Origin: Patescibacteria group bacterium
GTDB taxonomy: Bacteria > Patescibacteriota > Patescibacteriia > Patescibacteriales > UBA12465
NCBI GenBank assembly: GCA_041671365.1
Contig: JBAZBP010000002.1
Coordinates: 65,052-129,051, forward strand
DNA length: 64,000 nt
Reading direction: 5' to 3'
Numbering within the stretch: position 1 is the first letter of the stretch; the number at the start of each line of letters is the position of its first letter. A program made the position numbers and the translations under genes. Shown one piece after another: positions 17,301 through 26,571 of this stretch. The notes beneath the pieces were generated by a model that ran no database searches, was not told the DNA's origin, and saw only the letters and a list, made by a program, of their open reading frames with translations.

Positions 17301-17837
17301 GGCTATCGCCATTTGCAAATCTAGAGAAATGTTTTTACCTTCTTCTAACCTATCAATCAGCGACTTAGCGAATAAATCACTAATTGTCTTCCCCTTAAAC
17401 TCTTCGCGTTCATCTTTTTTTCCCGTCGTAAAAAAATTAAACAGAACCATGGTAACTTTTAATTTATTATGAGAAGATCCGCTGGCATCAAAATAACCAT
17501 TGAAGATTTCCACCACCTTATCAACCTGCTCTTGACTCCACGCTCTATTAAAATTATAAGTATCCTTAAACGCCTCGTGATTAACGTAAATATTCTGCAA
17601 ATCCTCAATAAATACGTCAGCACGGCGGATATCGCCTTGATCCTTAACATCTATATTATTCCGATAAGCCTTGTCCAAGATTAAGTCAATGTCGGCCTTA
17701 ATTTTTTGTATATCCAAAAATTGCTCATCTTTTTCGAGATTGTTATTTTGATTTGAAGCATTGAAACCAATGTCTTTATTAAACATAATATTGTTTCTGC
17801 CATTGTATATATCAGACGATTCTAAAATATACCACAT
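14316..17837 (-). CDS. Large hypothetical protein (1173 aa)
   Basis: Uninterrupted ORF that looks helical and repeat-like. I recognised no family motif. Confidence 0.7.
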   Translation of the reverse strand: MWYILESSDIYNGRNNIMFNKDIGFNASNQNNNLEKDEQFLDIQKIKADIDLILDKAYRNNIDVKDQGDIRRADVFIEDLQNIYVNHEAFKDTYNFNRAWSQEQVDKVVEIFNGYFDASGSSHNKLKVTMVLFNFFTTGKKDEREEFKGKTISDLFAKSLIDRLEEGKNISLDLQMAIATWAQNIHMVDRSILLDFLIAINSHPEVIDPGIRREITMGVGLFPSLIESLGKLAEDKNNISARLKALETIKILINISGNVGFGQAGVEARKILKKETQDTSNYFLNIRAEQIGEELDSPNRAKRLQLLEKYNKPEFATGDLQPLFLENNKVEDGYLAKKTLASSCYSKLSQEIGVIYNGHGEVDSYFNINNGQRLTLSDILKKEGFIENKADSENYKNQRDIYKTLIDLSFRNKIEQEFAVELSDFSVREQLQFINFISAKNVSEVNKVKDFILGGQTPVDKNNRFLSFLSLETDSDIGNKILEINEFLASQPEASNKLFAKHAELINQVNQSADGLVELYGDVFFGKTIDREKLIEISLKRTSRLLVVANENLKIASSKDKEKVIRELLKDLDIETKGRVANLEELKTIAEKLNEKYNNIGHDLLVAINSDEEGLEIFKDDWLEKAEDISLEMKTAIREDAKKHRKYDSERLKNMIENYQSVLEEVTYNVELEGEALENFKQNRQKYKSGEIECQDFLNKMENDNKIFYAPTEEEKVIYSGAIKKIQQILPLQIALEKKMDQIIYGREEMALPKGFSNFENDPVKPENIPDQAPLYFPVGISKDLPSWEAVLRGERKVVKPIDIYGYLFWLNNQERPINLIVCDEIQVNNYQIRYGQEEKESREKAIKIGNREALQYKKIIDTFGLDNIRLQGYSEFLMQNKDKYEYYKEVVTNLADRPDFKEIFLSMVQDSVSGAEQEKYINYALEELAWILSTNGTKIGHLNEARYDILGAVISNWEKLGREKGLDVFKDQTNSEGKILLNTVCKGLRDEINERKSKLDKNSSAAAYYQRLQEHLGKIKIDSKVGLDKKFKKDSLSLNFVCPEVGSASFGFRGDFEAKEGVVKFKEPYSTYFYKTDADLLTDSDQVVAAGEGSIGGKILTLDNKQQLKYANQVVRPILKHYFANLDRAPLKYFEKIGKNREELRQDSEEINSLLDAIRFIQKYIIRPTELV

Positions 17838-17882
17838 TTTACTAATTTTGTCCAGACCGACGTAAATAATATTGGATATTAT

Positions 17883-18905
17883 TTATAATTTCAAATTAGC
17901 CTTAACTTTTTCCAACAGATCTCTCCCTCGTTCCTCATTATGTCCGGCTTTCAGAAAAAAATAAGTGGCCGTACGAATAGCGGTCCAATTATAATATAAA
18001 TCTATCCGGGTTTGTAAGTCGGCCGTCAATTTTAAACCGGCGGCTTCCAAATAAACTTTTAAAAATAAATCTTTCATTTTCTCCGCCCAGTCCGCCCCCT
18101 CGGCCTTAATAATAATTTTATATTCTAACTGTTGTAAAAAAGCGCCGACATCACGAGCGCGATCGCCTAGACATAAATCAGTAAAATCGATTAGACCTAG
18201 GCGATTTTGCGCCGTCCGAATAACATTTTCCGGATGAGCATCGCCGTGGATTAAAACTTTTTCTCCGCCGGAAGAAAAATATTTTTCCTCATGCTGGATA
18301 AAATAATCATAAATTTTTATAAGATCATTATTATATTTATTATGGTAGCGCACGCCCATTTCTCGAAAAATCATGGCCGTCCCGGGAATCACGGTCTTAA
18401 TTCGAGCGCTCTCGGGGTTAAAATCAGCCTCCGCTAAATTAGTCAGGGCATGCAGACGAGCAAAAAGTTTGGCCGCCGCCGTCACAATTTCCGTAACCGC
18501 CGATAAATCTTTATTTTTAATATAATATAATAAATTTTCACCTCTTAAACCGCGATAAAACGTCCCGCGGAATTCCGCGGAATAAAATAAGGGGTCGGGC
18601 AAATCAATAAAATCGCTCGGAAAACCGGACGCCCATAAATATTTTAAAGCTAAATAAATATTGTCTCGCGATTCGTCGCTATGGGCCGAACAAACGATAG
18701 GGATTTTAACTTCTTCGCCTGACGCTTTTAAAAAATAAGTATTAAATCTGATAACGACATGATAGGTCGTTTCCCAAATCAATTCTTTATAGGGTTTAAT
18801 TTCCACCCGGTTAATCGCGGTAAAAACCGGGTAATGCGGCAATATCTCCCGCTTAAATAAATCAACAACAAAGTTCTCATCAAATAATTGTCGAATTTTG
18901 TTCAT
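17883..18905 (-). CDS. Aminoglycoside-phosphotransferase-fold kinase (possibly a sugar or maltose kinase)
   Basis: HGDAHPENV catalytic loop and IDFTD metal-binding motif. It sits next to glucan metabolism genes. Confidence 0.7.
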   Translation of the reverse strand: MNKIRQLFDENFVVDLFKREILPHYPVFTAINRVEIKPYKELIWETTYHVVIRFNTYFLKASGEEVKIPIVCSAHSDESRDNIYLALKYLWASGFPSDFIDLPDPLFYSAEFRGTFYRGLRGENLLYYIKNKDLSAVTEIVTAAAKLFARLHALTNLAEADFNPESARIKTVIPGTAMIFREMGVRYHNKYNNDLIKIYDYFIQHEEKYFSSGGEKVLIHGDAHPENVIRTAQNRLGLIDFTDLCLGDRARDVGAFLQQLEYKIIIKAEGADWAEKMKDLFLKVYLEAAGLKLTADLQTRIDLYYNWTAIRTATYFFLKAGHNEERGRDLLEKVKANLKL

Positions 18906-18930
18906 ATTTTTCTTAATAGAATATTAAGGC

Positions 18931-20160
18931 TTAGACGGTTTTTTGCCAATGCTTTTTCCAATGCTCCTCCCATATCCGTTTTTTTATTTTTAAATAATAT
19001 TTTTCGGCCGCGAGCTTATATTTTTTCGTTTTAGGATTATAGAGAGAGCGAACGGAGCGAATCAAGTCCTCCAGCCCCCGCTCGACATCATCCGGGCTCC
19101 AGGCATAAGGACCGTAAATTTTAGAAAAATCCCGAGCGCTAGCCCACCAGAACGTACAACTGGCTAAACCGCGAACTAGATGCCAGCAATACCAATAAAA
19201 ATTCTTATCATTTTTAAATTTATCTTCCAAGCTTAAAGCTAAATTCGCTAATTTCCATAAATCCATTTGAATTTTATTGGTTTTATCCGCCCATAAACGA
19301 TAGGGGTAATTATTTTTAACTTCACTCGGAGTCGACTCCCAGGAAGAGGCCATTAAATTTATTTTAACTAATTTATTTTTAGAAACTATCTGCCAGTAAT
19401 CAGAAATAGTCAGAGTTTGCAAACCGGGAAATTTAGCAATCTTCTCTATTTCTCCGGTCGGATCTTCATGGCGCAATCCATAAAGCTCCGCATCGGTCGC
19501 TGTTATATACAAACTAGCCGAATCAAATAATCTGACGTTTGCTTTAGTTAGCGGCGCAATCTTGGTATTTTTTAATTTTTGAATATCAAGCCATAATTTA
19601 TCCGGCGGATAAGCACCGGAAATTTCTCGGTCACGAAAAATAACCCGCAAACCGCTGGCGCTGTCTAAATAAAATTTTCCTCTTTCCGGCCGACGGCCAA
19701 TCCCGCCATTATAAGCTATCTCGTCTAAAATAACCCAGGAATAACCCAGGCGTTTAATAATCTTAGCAACTATCGAGGAATAGGCCATTTCAGGCAAAAA
19801 GAAACCGCTCGGTTTAAAATTCTTGCCAAAATGTTTTTTTAAAATTTTTTCATTTTGCTTGATTTGGCGTATAACTTCCGACTCCGGCAAAAGCGGCAAG
19901 AAACCATGATAAGCGGCCGAAGTGGTGAGCTCCACTCGACCCTTTTTAACTAAAAATTTTAAACGATTAATAAAAGCCTCCTCTTTTTCTTCCGCTAAGC
20001 GTTCTAATAGGCAACCGCTAATATTCCAGGTCGCCCGTAATTCCGGATGCTCTTCCATTAGTCGCAGCAAACGCCAATAACTTTTATCCAACGCCTTCCG
20101 AATATTATAAAATTCGGCATTCGCCGGTTGATAAAAATGTAAAAAATTAAGCCACAACAT
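18931..20160 (-). CDS. Glycoside hydrolase family 57-like alpha-glucan enzyme
   Basis: N-terminal NFLHFYQP (HQP-type GH57 signature) and adjacency to glgA. Confidence 0.6.
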   Translation of the reverse strand: MLWLNFLHFYQPANAEFYNIRKALDKSYWRLLRLMEEHPELRATWNISGCLLERLAEEKEEAFINRLKFLVKKGRVELTTSAAYHGFLPLLPESEVIRQIKQNEKILKKHFGKNFKPSGFFLPEMAYSSIVAKIIKRLGYSWVILDEIAYNGGIGRRPERGKFYLDSASGLRVIFRDREISGAYPPDKLWLDIQKLKNTKIAPLTKANVRLFDSASLYITATDAELYGLRHEDPTGEIEKIAKFPGLQTLTISDYWQIVSKNKLVKINLMASSWESTPSEVKNNYPYRLWADKTNKIQMDLWKLANLALSLEDKFKNDKNFYWYCWHLVRGLASCTFWWASARDFSKIYGPYAWSPDDVERGLEDLIRSVRSLYNPKTKKYKLAAEKYYLKIKKRIWEEHWKKHWQKTV

Positions 20161-20166
20161 AAAAAA

Positions 20167-21639
20167 TTATTTAGATTTTTTTAAAACTTTATAATAAAGT
20201 TCCAAATACTTTTTTGCGGGAATTTCCCAGCCATGAGACTGGGTCATTACTCTTTTAATCAGCCCCGACCAAATCGTTTTATTTTTATAATTTTCCAGAG
20301 CGCGGATAACCGCGTTATACAAAGAAAATTCGTCTTCATTTTTAAAAGTAAAGCCGGTTCCGGTTTTAGACTCGGGGGAAAAATTTTCAACCGTATCGTG
20401 CAGCCCGCCGATTTCCCGAACCACCGGCACGCAGCCGTAATGCATGGCGATTAATTGATTTATCCCGCAAGGCTCATTATTGGACGGCAATAAAAATAGG
20501 TCCGCTCCGGCGTACACCAGCGTTTCATATTTTTGGTTGGCGGCATGCGAAGGAATAACCACTAATTTTTTTGGGTATTTACGGGCAATTTTTTGTAATG
20601 CTTGTAAATATTTTTTATCGCCGGATCCGATAATAATAAATTGCAAATCAATCTTTAAAAGTTGCGGAAAAACTGCGATTAACAGTTCAAATCCTTTTTG
20701 AAAGGTAACCCGCGAAGTTGTACATAAAATCGGAATATTTTTATCCGACGGCAATTTAAAAATCTTCTGCAAATATGTTTTATTAATTCCTTTAAGCTCT
20801 GAATTTTTAAAAGAATAACGCTTATGGAGCGCCCGGTCTTTAGCCGGGTCATAGGTATTATAATCAATGCCGTTAATAATTCCGACTAAACGATCAGCCC
20901 GATTTTTTAAAATACGTTGCAAATCCTGACCGAATTTTTTTGTCATAATTTCTTCCCGATATTTTTCACTAACCGTATTGATAAAGTCCGCCGATAAAAT
21001 CGCCCGCTTGGCAAAATTAATATTTTCCAAGTGCGGATCATCAAGATGAGGAATTCGGCTTCGCCCGTAATCTTTATCTCTAGGGGCGACTTCCCACCAG
21101 TTGTGTCCAAACTGAAAAATTAAATTATGGATAGTAAAAATAGTTTTAGCTTTAGTTAAAGTTTTAGAATAACGAAAATCAGTTTTTAAATAATACGGAA
21201 TGAGCCCGGTTTGCCAATCATGACATTGGATGATATCGGCGGAAAATTTTAAGAGGGATAATAACTTTAACGCCGCCACATTAAAAACCAAAAAACGGGC
21301 GTTTTCCCGAGGCGATCCATAGAGACGATTATGCTGAGAAAAAAATTTTTTATATTCTACAAAATAAACCGGCAAACCGCGCATGGAATAACCGCGCCAA
21401 TAATTGACCCGAATCTTTTCACTGGAATTCAAATGTAAACTGACATTAGAAAAAACCAGGCTCAATTTATTAGCCGATTTATCGATTATGCGGCCGTAAA
21501 GAGGGGTAATAATAATAACATCATGACCCAATCTTTTTAAGGCTTTCGACAAACTGCGGCTGACATCGCCCAAGCCGCCGGTTTTAGAAAACGGCGCAAT
21601 TTCCGAGGCAATCTGCACAATTTTTAATTTTTTGGACAT
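20167..21639 (-). CDS. glgA: Glycogen/starch synthase
   Basis: MSKKLKIVQIASEIAPFSKTGGLGDV (KTGGL motif) and C-terminal PSNNEPCGINQL. I chose the internal ATG as the start. Confidence 0.9.
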   Translation of the reverse strand: MSKKLKIVQIASEIAPFSKTGGLGDVSRSLSKALKRLGHDVIIITPLYGRIIDKSANKLSLVFSNVSLHLNSSEKIRVNYWRGYSMRGLPVYFVEYKKFFSQHNRLYGSPRENARFLVFNVAALKLLSLLKFSADIIQCHDWQTGLIPYYLKTDFRYSKTLTKAKTIFTIHNLIFQFGHNWWEVAPRDKDYGRSRIPHLDDPHLENINFAKRAILSADFINTVSEKYREEIMTKKFGQDLQRILKNRADRLVGIINGIDYNTYDPAKDRALHKRYSFKNSELKGINKTYLQKIFKLPSDKNIPILCTTSRVTFQKGFELLIAVFPQLLKIDLQFIIIGSGDKKYLQALQKIARKYPKKLVVIPSHAANQKYETLVYAGADLFLLPSNNEPCGINQLIAMHYGCVPVVREIGGLHDTVENFSPESKTGTGFTFKNEDEFSLYNAVIRALENYKNKTIWSGLIKRVMTQSHGWEIPAKKYLELYYKVLKKSK

Positions 21640-22115
21640 AAAATCCGAAAATTTACAGCACAAATGGCGACCGCCAGCGCATCAGCGGCGTCATCGGGCC
21701 GAGGCAATTCTCGTAAATTAAGAATAAGTTTAACCATTTTCTGCACCTGGGCTTTAGAGGCTTGACCATAAGCCACCACCGCCTGTTTGACCTGCGAGGG
21801 GGTAACATCAAAAACTGATAATTTATTTTGTTTCAAAGTTAGAAGAACGACCCCGCGAGCCTGGCCGACTATCAACGCGGTTCGGACATTCTTATTAAAA
21901 AATAATTGTTCAATGGCGGCTATATCCGGTTTATATTTTTTAATTATTTTATCCAGTTTTTGATGTAAAATCTCTAAACGAGTAATCAGATCATCTTTAG
22001 CTGCAGTTTGAATGGAACCGTAAGTTAAACAAGTAATTTTAGCTCCTTCAACTTTAATAACACCATAACCAGTGTCGGCAATTCCCGGATCAATACCTAA
22101 AATAATTTTAGTCAT
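21624..22115 (-). CDS. ruvC: Holliday junction resolvase RuvC
   Basis: ILGIDPGIADTGYGVI, AIEQLFF and DAADALAVAIC. Confidence 0.9.
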   Translation of the reverse strand: MTKIILGIDPGIADTGYGVIKVEGAKITCLTYGSIQTAAKDDLITRLEILHQKLDKIIKKYKPDIAAIEQLFFNKNVRTALIVGQARGVVLLTLKQNKLSVFDVTPSQVKQAVVAYGQASKAQVQKMVKLILNLRELPRPDDAADALAVAICAVNFRILCPKN

Positions 22116-22127
22116 ACAAACAACGAC

Positions 22128-22847
22128 TTAAACTAAGTTAGAATAATAATCACTGACGTCTTCATTGTCGTCTAATTCTTCAAAAAATTTATCCATTTTT
22201 TCGTTAAAATCGGGAGACGGTTTTATTTTTTCTTTAGCCACATATTCAATTTCCGCCGCTTCTACTTTTAAACCTTTGCGCTCCAAAAAATTCCGAGTAG
22301 ACTGCAAATCCTTAACATCGGTATAAATTGTGATCCCTTCGGTTTCCTTAGTAAAATCTATAATCCCTAAATCAATTAATTCTAATTCTAATTCTTCATT
22401 GCTCATTTTTTTTGCGGCAATCTCCGTACTGGCTATCCGAATCACCCCCAATTGAGAAAAATTCCAAAGCACCGCGCCAAAAGCTCCCCCATTTTTAGTA
22501 AATAAATGACGCACGGTCGAACCGCTTCGATTTTTATTATCGGTTAGGCATTTAACGACAATCTGAATACCGGACGGCAAAATTCCTTCATAGAATAATT
22601 CTTCGACCTGTTCACCTCCTAGTTCTCCAGTACCCTTTTTAATCGCTCGATCAATATTATCCTTCGGCATACTGACCGAACGAGCCTGATCAATTGCCGC
22701 TCGTAAAGACGGATTAGCATTGGGGTCTCCGCCGCGTCGCGCCGCGATAGTAATAATATTGGATAATTTAGTAAAAACCGCTCCCCGCTTGGCATCCACT
22801 AATTCTTTTTGACGATGGGTAGTAGCCCATTTAGAATGTCCGGACAT
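22128..22847 (-). CDS. yebC: YebC/PmpR family transcriptional regulator
   Basis: MSGHSKWATTHRQK and a full-length YebC pattern. Confidence 0.9.
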   Translation of the reverse strand: MSGHSKWATTHRQKELVDAKRGAVFTKLSNIITIAARRGGDPNANPSLRAAIDQARSVSMPKDNIDRAIKKGTGELGGEQVEELFYEGILPSGIQIVVKCLTDNKNRSGSTVRHLFTKNGGAFGAVLWNFSQLGVIRIASTEIAAKKMSNEELELELIDLGIIDFTKETEGITIYTDVKDLQSTRNFLERKGLKVEAAEIEYVAKEKIKPSPDFNEKMDKFFEELDDNEDVSDYYSNLV

Positions 22848-22959
22848 AATAACTAGATAATTAGACTAAGCTAGTCCATAAACACTACCAGCTTAGCGTA
22901 AATTGAAATAAAAATCAAGATGAATTATAATAGAAATATAAGTAAAATAAAGGAAAATT

Positions 22960-23871
22960 ATGAATACTAAAAATTTACCGAATCTGGATAAAAGCGTTCT
23001 GGCAGCTCTGAATTTTTTTACTGAAAATCCTCCGATCCGACTTAATCTTCAAGCATTTTCTTTTCCCTTGGTTGTCGGGAGTGGCAACGCCTATAATGCC
23101 GGATCAGTTATTTTTGGCAATCACCCGGCTATTATCGCCAATGAAAGTAATTTTAAACAAATTATCAAAAATCATCAATCTTGGATAAAAAATAAAAGCA
23201 TTACTCAGGCTCTAATTATCTCCGCCTCAGGTGAAAAAGATTCAACTTGGGAAACCAGACTGGCGAAAAAATATGGACTAAAAACCACCTTATTAACTTG
23301 TAGCCCTAATTCTAGCGCCGCTCAAATAGCTGATGAAGTCATCGTTTATAAAAAACTACCCGAACCTTATACTTATAATACGTCTACCTATCTCGGAATG
23401 TTCCTCGGGGTAAGCAGTGAAAAAGCTGAGACTATAAAAAAATTCTTAAAAAAAATAAAACTGCCAAATAATTTCAAAAATTACGCCGCTTATTCTTTTC
23501 TTCTACCGGATAAATTTGGGGCGCTGGCGCCGATGTTGGAAATTAAAAAAGACGAACTTTTCGGTCCGCGTCTATCTCTACGAGCTTTCAGTTTCGGTGA
23601 AGCCCGTCACGCCAAATTTATTAATGCTTGGGATAAAGAATTGGTAATTAGCCTTGGTGAAAATAAATATTTTGGTTTTAAAACTAACCGTTGGGAAATA
23701 AAATTGCCCAGTAACGCTGGTATCGGCTTTATCATGGCCTTAACTTATTATATTATCGGAAAAATTCAAGAAACAAAAACTCCTTATTTTAAAAAAAATA
23801 TCACTAAATTCTGTCTTGAGGGTCCTAAGGCTTATGGTCAAAAAAATCCCTTTCCGTTAATTGTTAAATAG
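22960..23871 (+). CDS. Hypothetical protein, weakly SIS-domain-like
   Basis: VVGSGNAYNAG and IISASGEKDST resemble SIS-fold motifs. Confidence 0.45.
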   Translation: MNTKNLPNLDKSVLAALNFFTENPPIRLNLQAFSFPLVVGSGNAYNAGSVIFGNHPAIIANESNFKQIIKNHQSWIKNKSITQALIISASGEKDSTWETRLAKKYGLKTTLLTCSPNSSAAQIADEVIVYKKLPEPYTYNTSTYLGMFLGVSSEKAETIKKFLKKIKLPNNFKNYAAYSFLLPDKFGALAPMLEIKKDELFGPRLSLRAFSFGEARHAKFINAWDKELVISLGENKYFGFKTNRWEIKLPSNAGIGFIMALTYYIIGKIQETKTPYFKKNITKFCLEGPKAYGQKNPFPLIVK

Positions 23872-23883
23872 CCAAAAATAAAA

Positions 23884-23912
23884 AATCATCCGCCTTGGGC
23901 GGATGATTTTTT
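23884..23912. terminator. Bidirectional rho-independent terminator
   Basis: aatcatccgcc-ttg-ggcggatgatt flanked by A- and T-runs. Confidence 0.75.
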
Positions 23913-23934
23913 ATTTTATTACCAACATTTACAT

Positions 23935-24669
23935 CTAATTTTTTATCTGATTCTTAACTCGATCAACCGCCATCTGCAATTTATTAGTATTCGCCAAATA
24001 ATAATGTCGCCGTACTCGTAAATTTCGATCAAATTCGTAAATCAAAGGAATCCCGGTAGGAATGTCCCAACCGGCAATTTCTCGCGGCGTTATCTTATCC
24101 AAATACTTAACAATCGCCCGCAAACTATTGCCGCTAGCGGCGATAATAACTCTTTCGCCTCGTTTAATTTTAGGAATAATTTCTTGCTGCCAAAACGGAG
24201 TAACTCGCGCGACGACGTCTTTAAGGCTTTCCGCTTCAGGCACTTTAATGCCTTTATATTTTAAGTCACCCTGTTGATTATAGAGATTTTGACGATCGAT
24301 TTTGGGCGGACGGACATCATAACTGCGACGCCAAAGTAAAACTTGCTCTTCGCCAAATTTTTTAACCATTTCTCTTTTGTTTAAACCTTGCAGGTTGCCA
24401 TAATGCCTTTCATTCAAGCGCCAATCAGCCTTAACCGGTATTTGCGCTTGCCCCAACTCTCGCAAAGCAATTTTAAGTGTCAAAGAAGCACGTTTCAAAA
24501 ACGAAGTATAGGCTAAATCAAAAACAAAACCATTTTTCTTAAGTTCTTGGCCGGCTTCTTTAGCCTCTTCTTTTCCTCGAGTCGTTAAATTAACATCGGT
24601 CCAGCCGGTGAATAAACCCTTTTTGTTCCAAGCGCTTTCTCCGTGACGCAATAAAACCAATTTATACAT
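23935..24669 (-). CDS. gpmA: 2,3-bisphosphoglycerate-dependent phosphoglycerate mutase
   Basis: LVLLRHGESAWN and ERHYG. Confidence 0.9.
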   Translation of the reverse strand: MYKLVLLRHGESAWNKKGLFTGWTDVNLTTRGKEEAKEAGQELKKNGFVFDLAYTSFLKRASLTLKIALRELGQAQIPVKADWRLNERHYGNLQGLNKREMVKKFGEEQVLLWRRSYDVRPPKIDRQNLYNQQGDLKYKGIKVPEAESLKDVVARVTPFWQQEIIPKIKRGERVIIAASGNSLRAIVKYLDKITPREIAGWDIPTGIPLIYEFDRNLRVRRHYYLANTNKLQMAVDRVKNQIKN

Positions 24670-24964
24670 AAAAATTTAAAAAAATATAAATTATCCTTTA
24701 TTTTTTTCATTATAGCATAAATTGACGATAAAAGTTTAAAAATGATAGTATAAGGTTAAGCTTAATTTTAATCATATCAGTAAATCAATTAAGCAACAAT
24801 TTAAAAAAATTGCCGTCGAGTTAGGATTACTGGCTATTAAGACCATAAATCTCGGCGGCCGGCTGTTTTCCAGCCTGTTCCGGGTTATTTCCGGTTTTTT
24901 TCGTTTACTCTTTAAAAATACTTTTTATAAAATATTAGTAAAAATTTATTACGGAATATTTCGG

Positions 24965-26179
24965 TTGAAAAAAAACGACCTAACCAGTAAAACCATTAAC
25001 GAATTAAATCGTAACCAGTCAGTTTATTTTTTTATTTCTGCTCTAATAATCGGCTTTATTTTTGCCAATCTGACCAATCAAAGCCAGGCTAATTCTTCCG
25101 AAAATAATATTTCTAAAACCGTGATGGCTCATTTAATATCATCCGGATTCGAGATTACTCCCGAAGAAACGCTAATCGAAGAAACAGCTATTCCTAATAA
25201 CGTTTTAAAGGCTAACCAAGAAAAATATTCAGACAATTCAAATGTTTTAAAAAAGGAATTAACTGTCGCCACAGATGAAAACGCCGACCAGAATAGCTTA
25301 CCGATTTTCAGCGATGACAATGATCTTATATTTAAACCGATAATTATCAATAACAAAGACAATGCTTCCCCGGATCAAAATAATCAAAACAATTCTACGC
25401 CTCAACGAACCGTTATTACTAACTATACCGTTCAAAATGGCGATACGATCAGCGCTATCGCCCGTCGCTTTGGCTTAAGCGTTAATACTATTTTGTGGAC
25501 CAATAATCTTACCGACCACAGCCTAATTCAACCGGGAGATAACTTAATAATTCTGCCCTATAGCGGCATTTTATATACTGCTAAGTCCGGCGACACGGTA
25601 GCCGGTTTAGCCAGCCAATATGGAGTGGATATTAATCAAATCTTTAATGCCAATAATTTAACGGCCGGACTAAAAATAGGCCAAAAGATAATCATTCCGG
25701 GAGCAAGGCCAAAATCAACTGTCGTCGCCACCACTCGATCTGCTGTCAACAATAATTATACCGGTTTATCGGCAATCCGCGATTTAATAAAAGCGCCGAC
25801 TGTCAGGGTCAGTGGATCAACTATGACCTGGCCTACCGTGGGTTATAGAATCACTCAATATTTTTCCTGGCGCCATACCGGCGTCGATATCGCCAATAAA
25901 ATAGGAACACCAATCTATGCGGCCGACGACGGTGTTGTCACAATATCTCAAGGCGGTTATAATGGTGGCTATGGCAATACAATTGTCATTGATCATGGCA
26001 GCGGTAAAAAAACTCGCTATGGACATGCTTCAAAATTATTTGTTAAAGTCGGAGATATAGTAAAAAAGGGTGAAAATATCGCCGCTATGGGCTCGACCGG
26101 ACGTTCGACCGGACCACATCTCCATTTTGAAGTTCTGATTAATGGCGTCCGATATAATCCACTGAATTATATTCACTAA
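24965..26179 (+). CDS. LysM-domain M23 metallopeptidase
   Basis: Two LysM repeats (YTVQNGDTISAIARRFG and YTAKSGDTVAGLASQYG). M23 motifs HTGVDI and GSTGRSTGPHLHFE. The coding-like frame extends upstream of the TTG start. Confidence 0.85.
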   Translation: MKKNDLTSKTINELNRNQSVYFFISALIIGFIFANLTNQSQANSSENNISKTVMAHLISSGFEITPEETLIEETAIPNNVLKANQEKYSDNSNVLKKELTVATDENADQNSLPIFSDDNDLIFKPIIINNKDNASPDQNNQNNSTPQRTVITNYTVQNGDTISAIARRFGLSVNTILWTNNLTDHSLIQPGDNLIILPYSGILYTAKSGDTVAGLASQYGVDINQIFNANNLTAGLKIGQKIIIPGARPKSTVVATTRSAVNNNYTGLSAIRDLIKAPTVRVSGSTMTWPTVGYRITQYFSWRHTGVDIANKIGTPIYAADDGVVTISQGGYNGGYGNTIVIDHGSGKKTRYGHASKLFVKVGDIVKKGENIAAMGSTGRSTGPHLHFEVLINGVRYNPLNYIH

Positions 26180-26200
26180 TAATCAATTAGTAATAAAACT

Positions 26201-26455
26201 ATGTTTATTTTTATAGGATTAATAATGATAGTGATTGGCTCTTTCTTAATTATTAAAACCGAGTGGTTTCTAAATAATTTTGGACGGATTGCTTGGTTTG
26301 AAGAAAAATTAGGAACAGAGGGAGGGTCTCGTTTCGGATACAAATTAGTGGGAATTTTATTTTTAATTATTGGAATTATAAACGTAACCGGCAGCGGCAA
26401 TAGTTTTATGGCATGGGTAGTAAGCCCTTTAACACAGTATAGCCAACAAAAATAA
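26201..26455 (+). CDS. Small membrane protein (84 aa)
   Basis: Two hydrophobic helices. Confidence 0.5.
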   Translation: MFIFIGLIMIVIGSFLIIKTEWFLNNFGRIAWFEEKLGTEGGSRFGYKLVGILFLIIGIINVTGSGNSFMAWVVSPLTQYSQQK

Positions 26456-26497
26456 GTTGACTGTCAGAAATAAAATTGATAACCTCAAAAGAATAAC

Positions 26498-26571
26498 GGG
26501 CCCTTAGCTCAGCTGGTTAGAGCGCCTGCTTTGCAAGCAGGAGGTCAAGGGTTCGAATCCCTTAGGGTCCA
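26498..26571 (+). tRNA. tRNA-Ala(UGC)
   Basis: Cloverleaf with a G3:U70 pair, anticodon loop cuUGCaa and T-loop GGTTCGAATCC. Confidence 0.9.
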
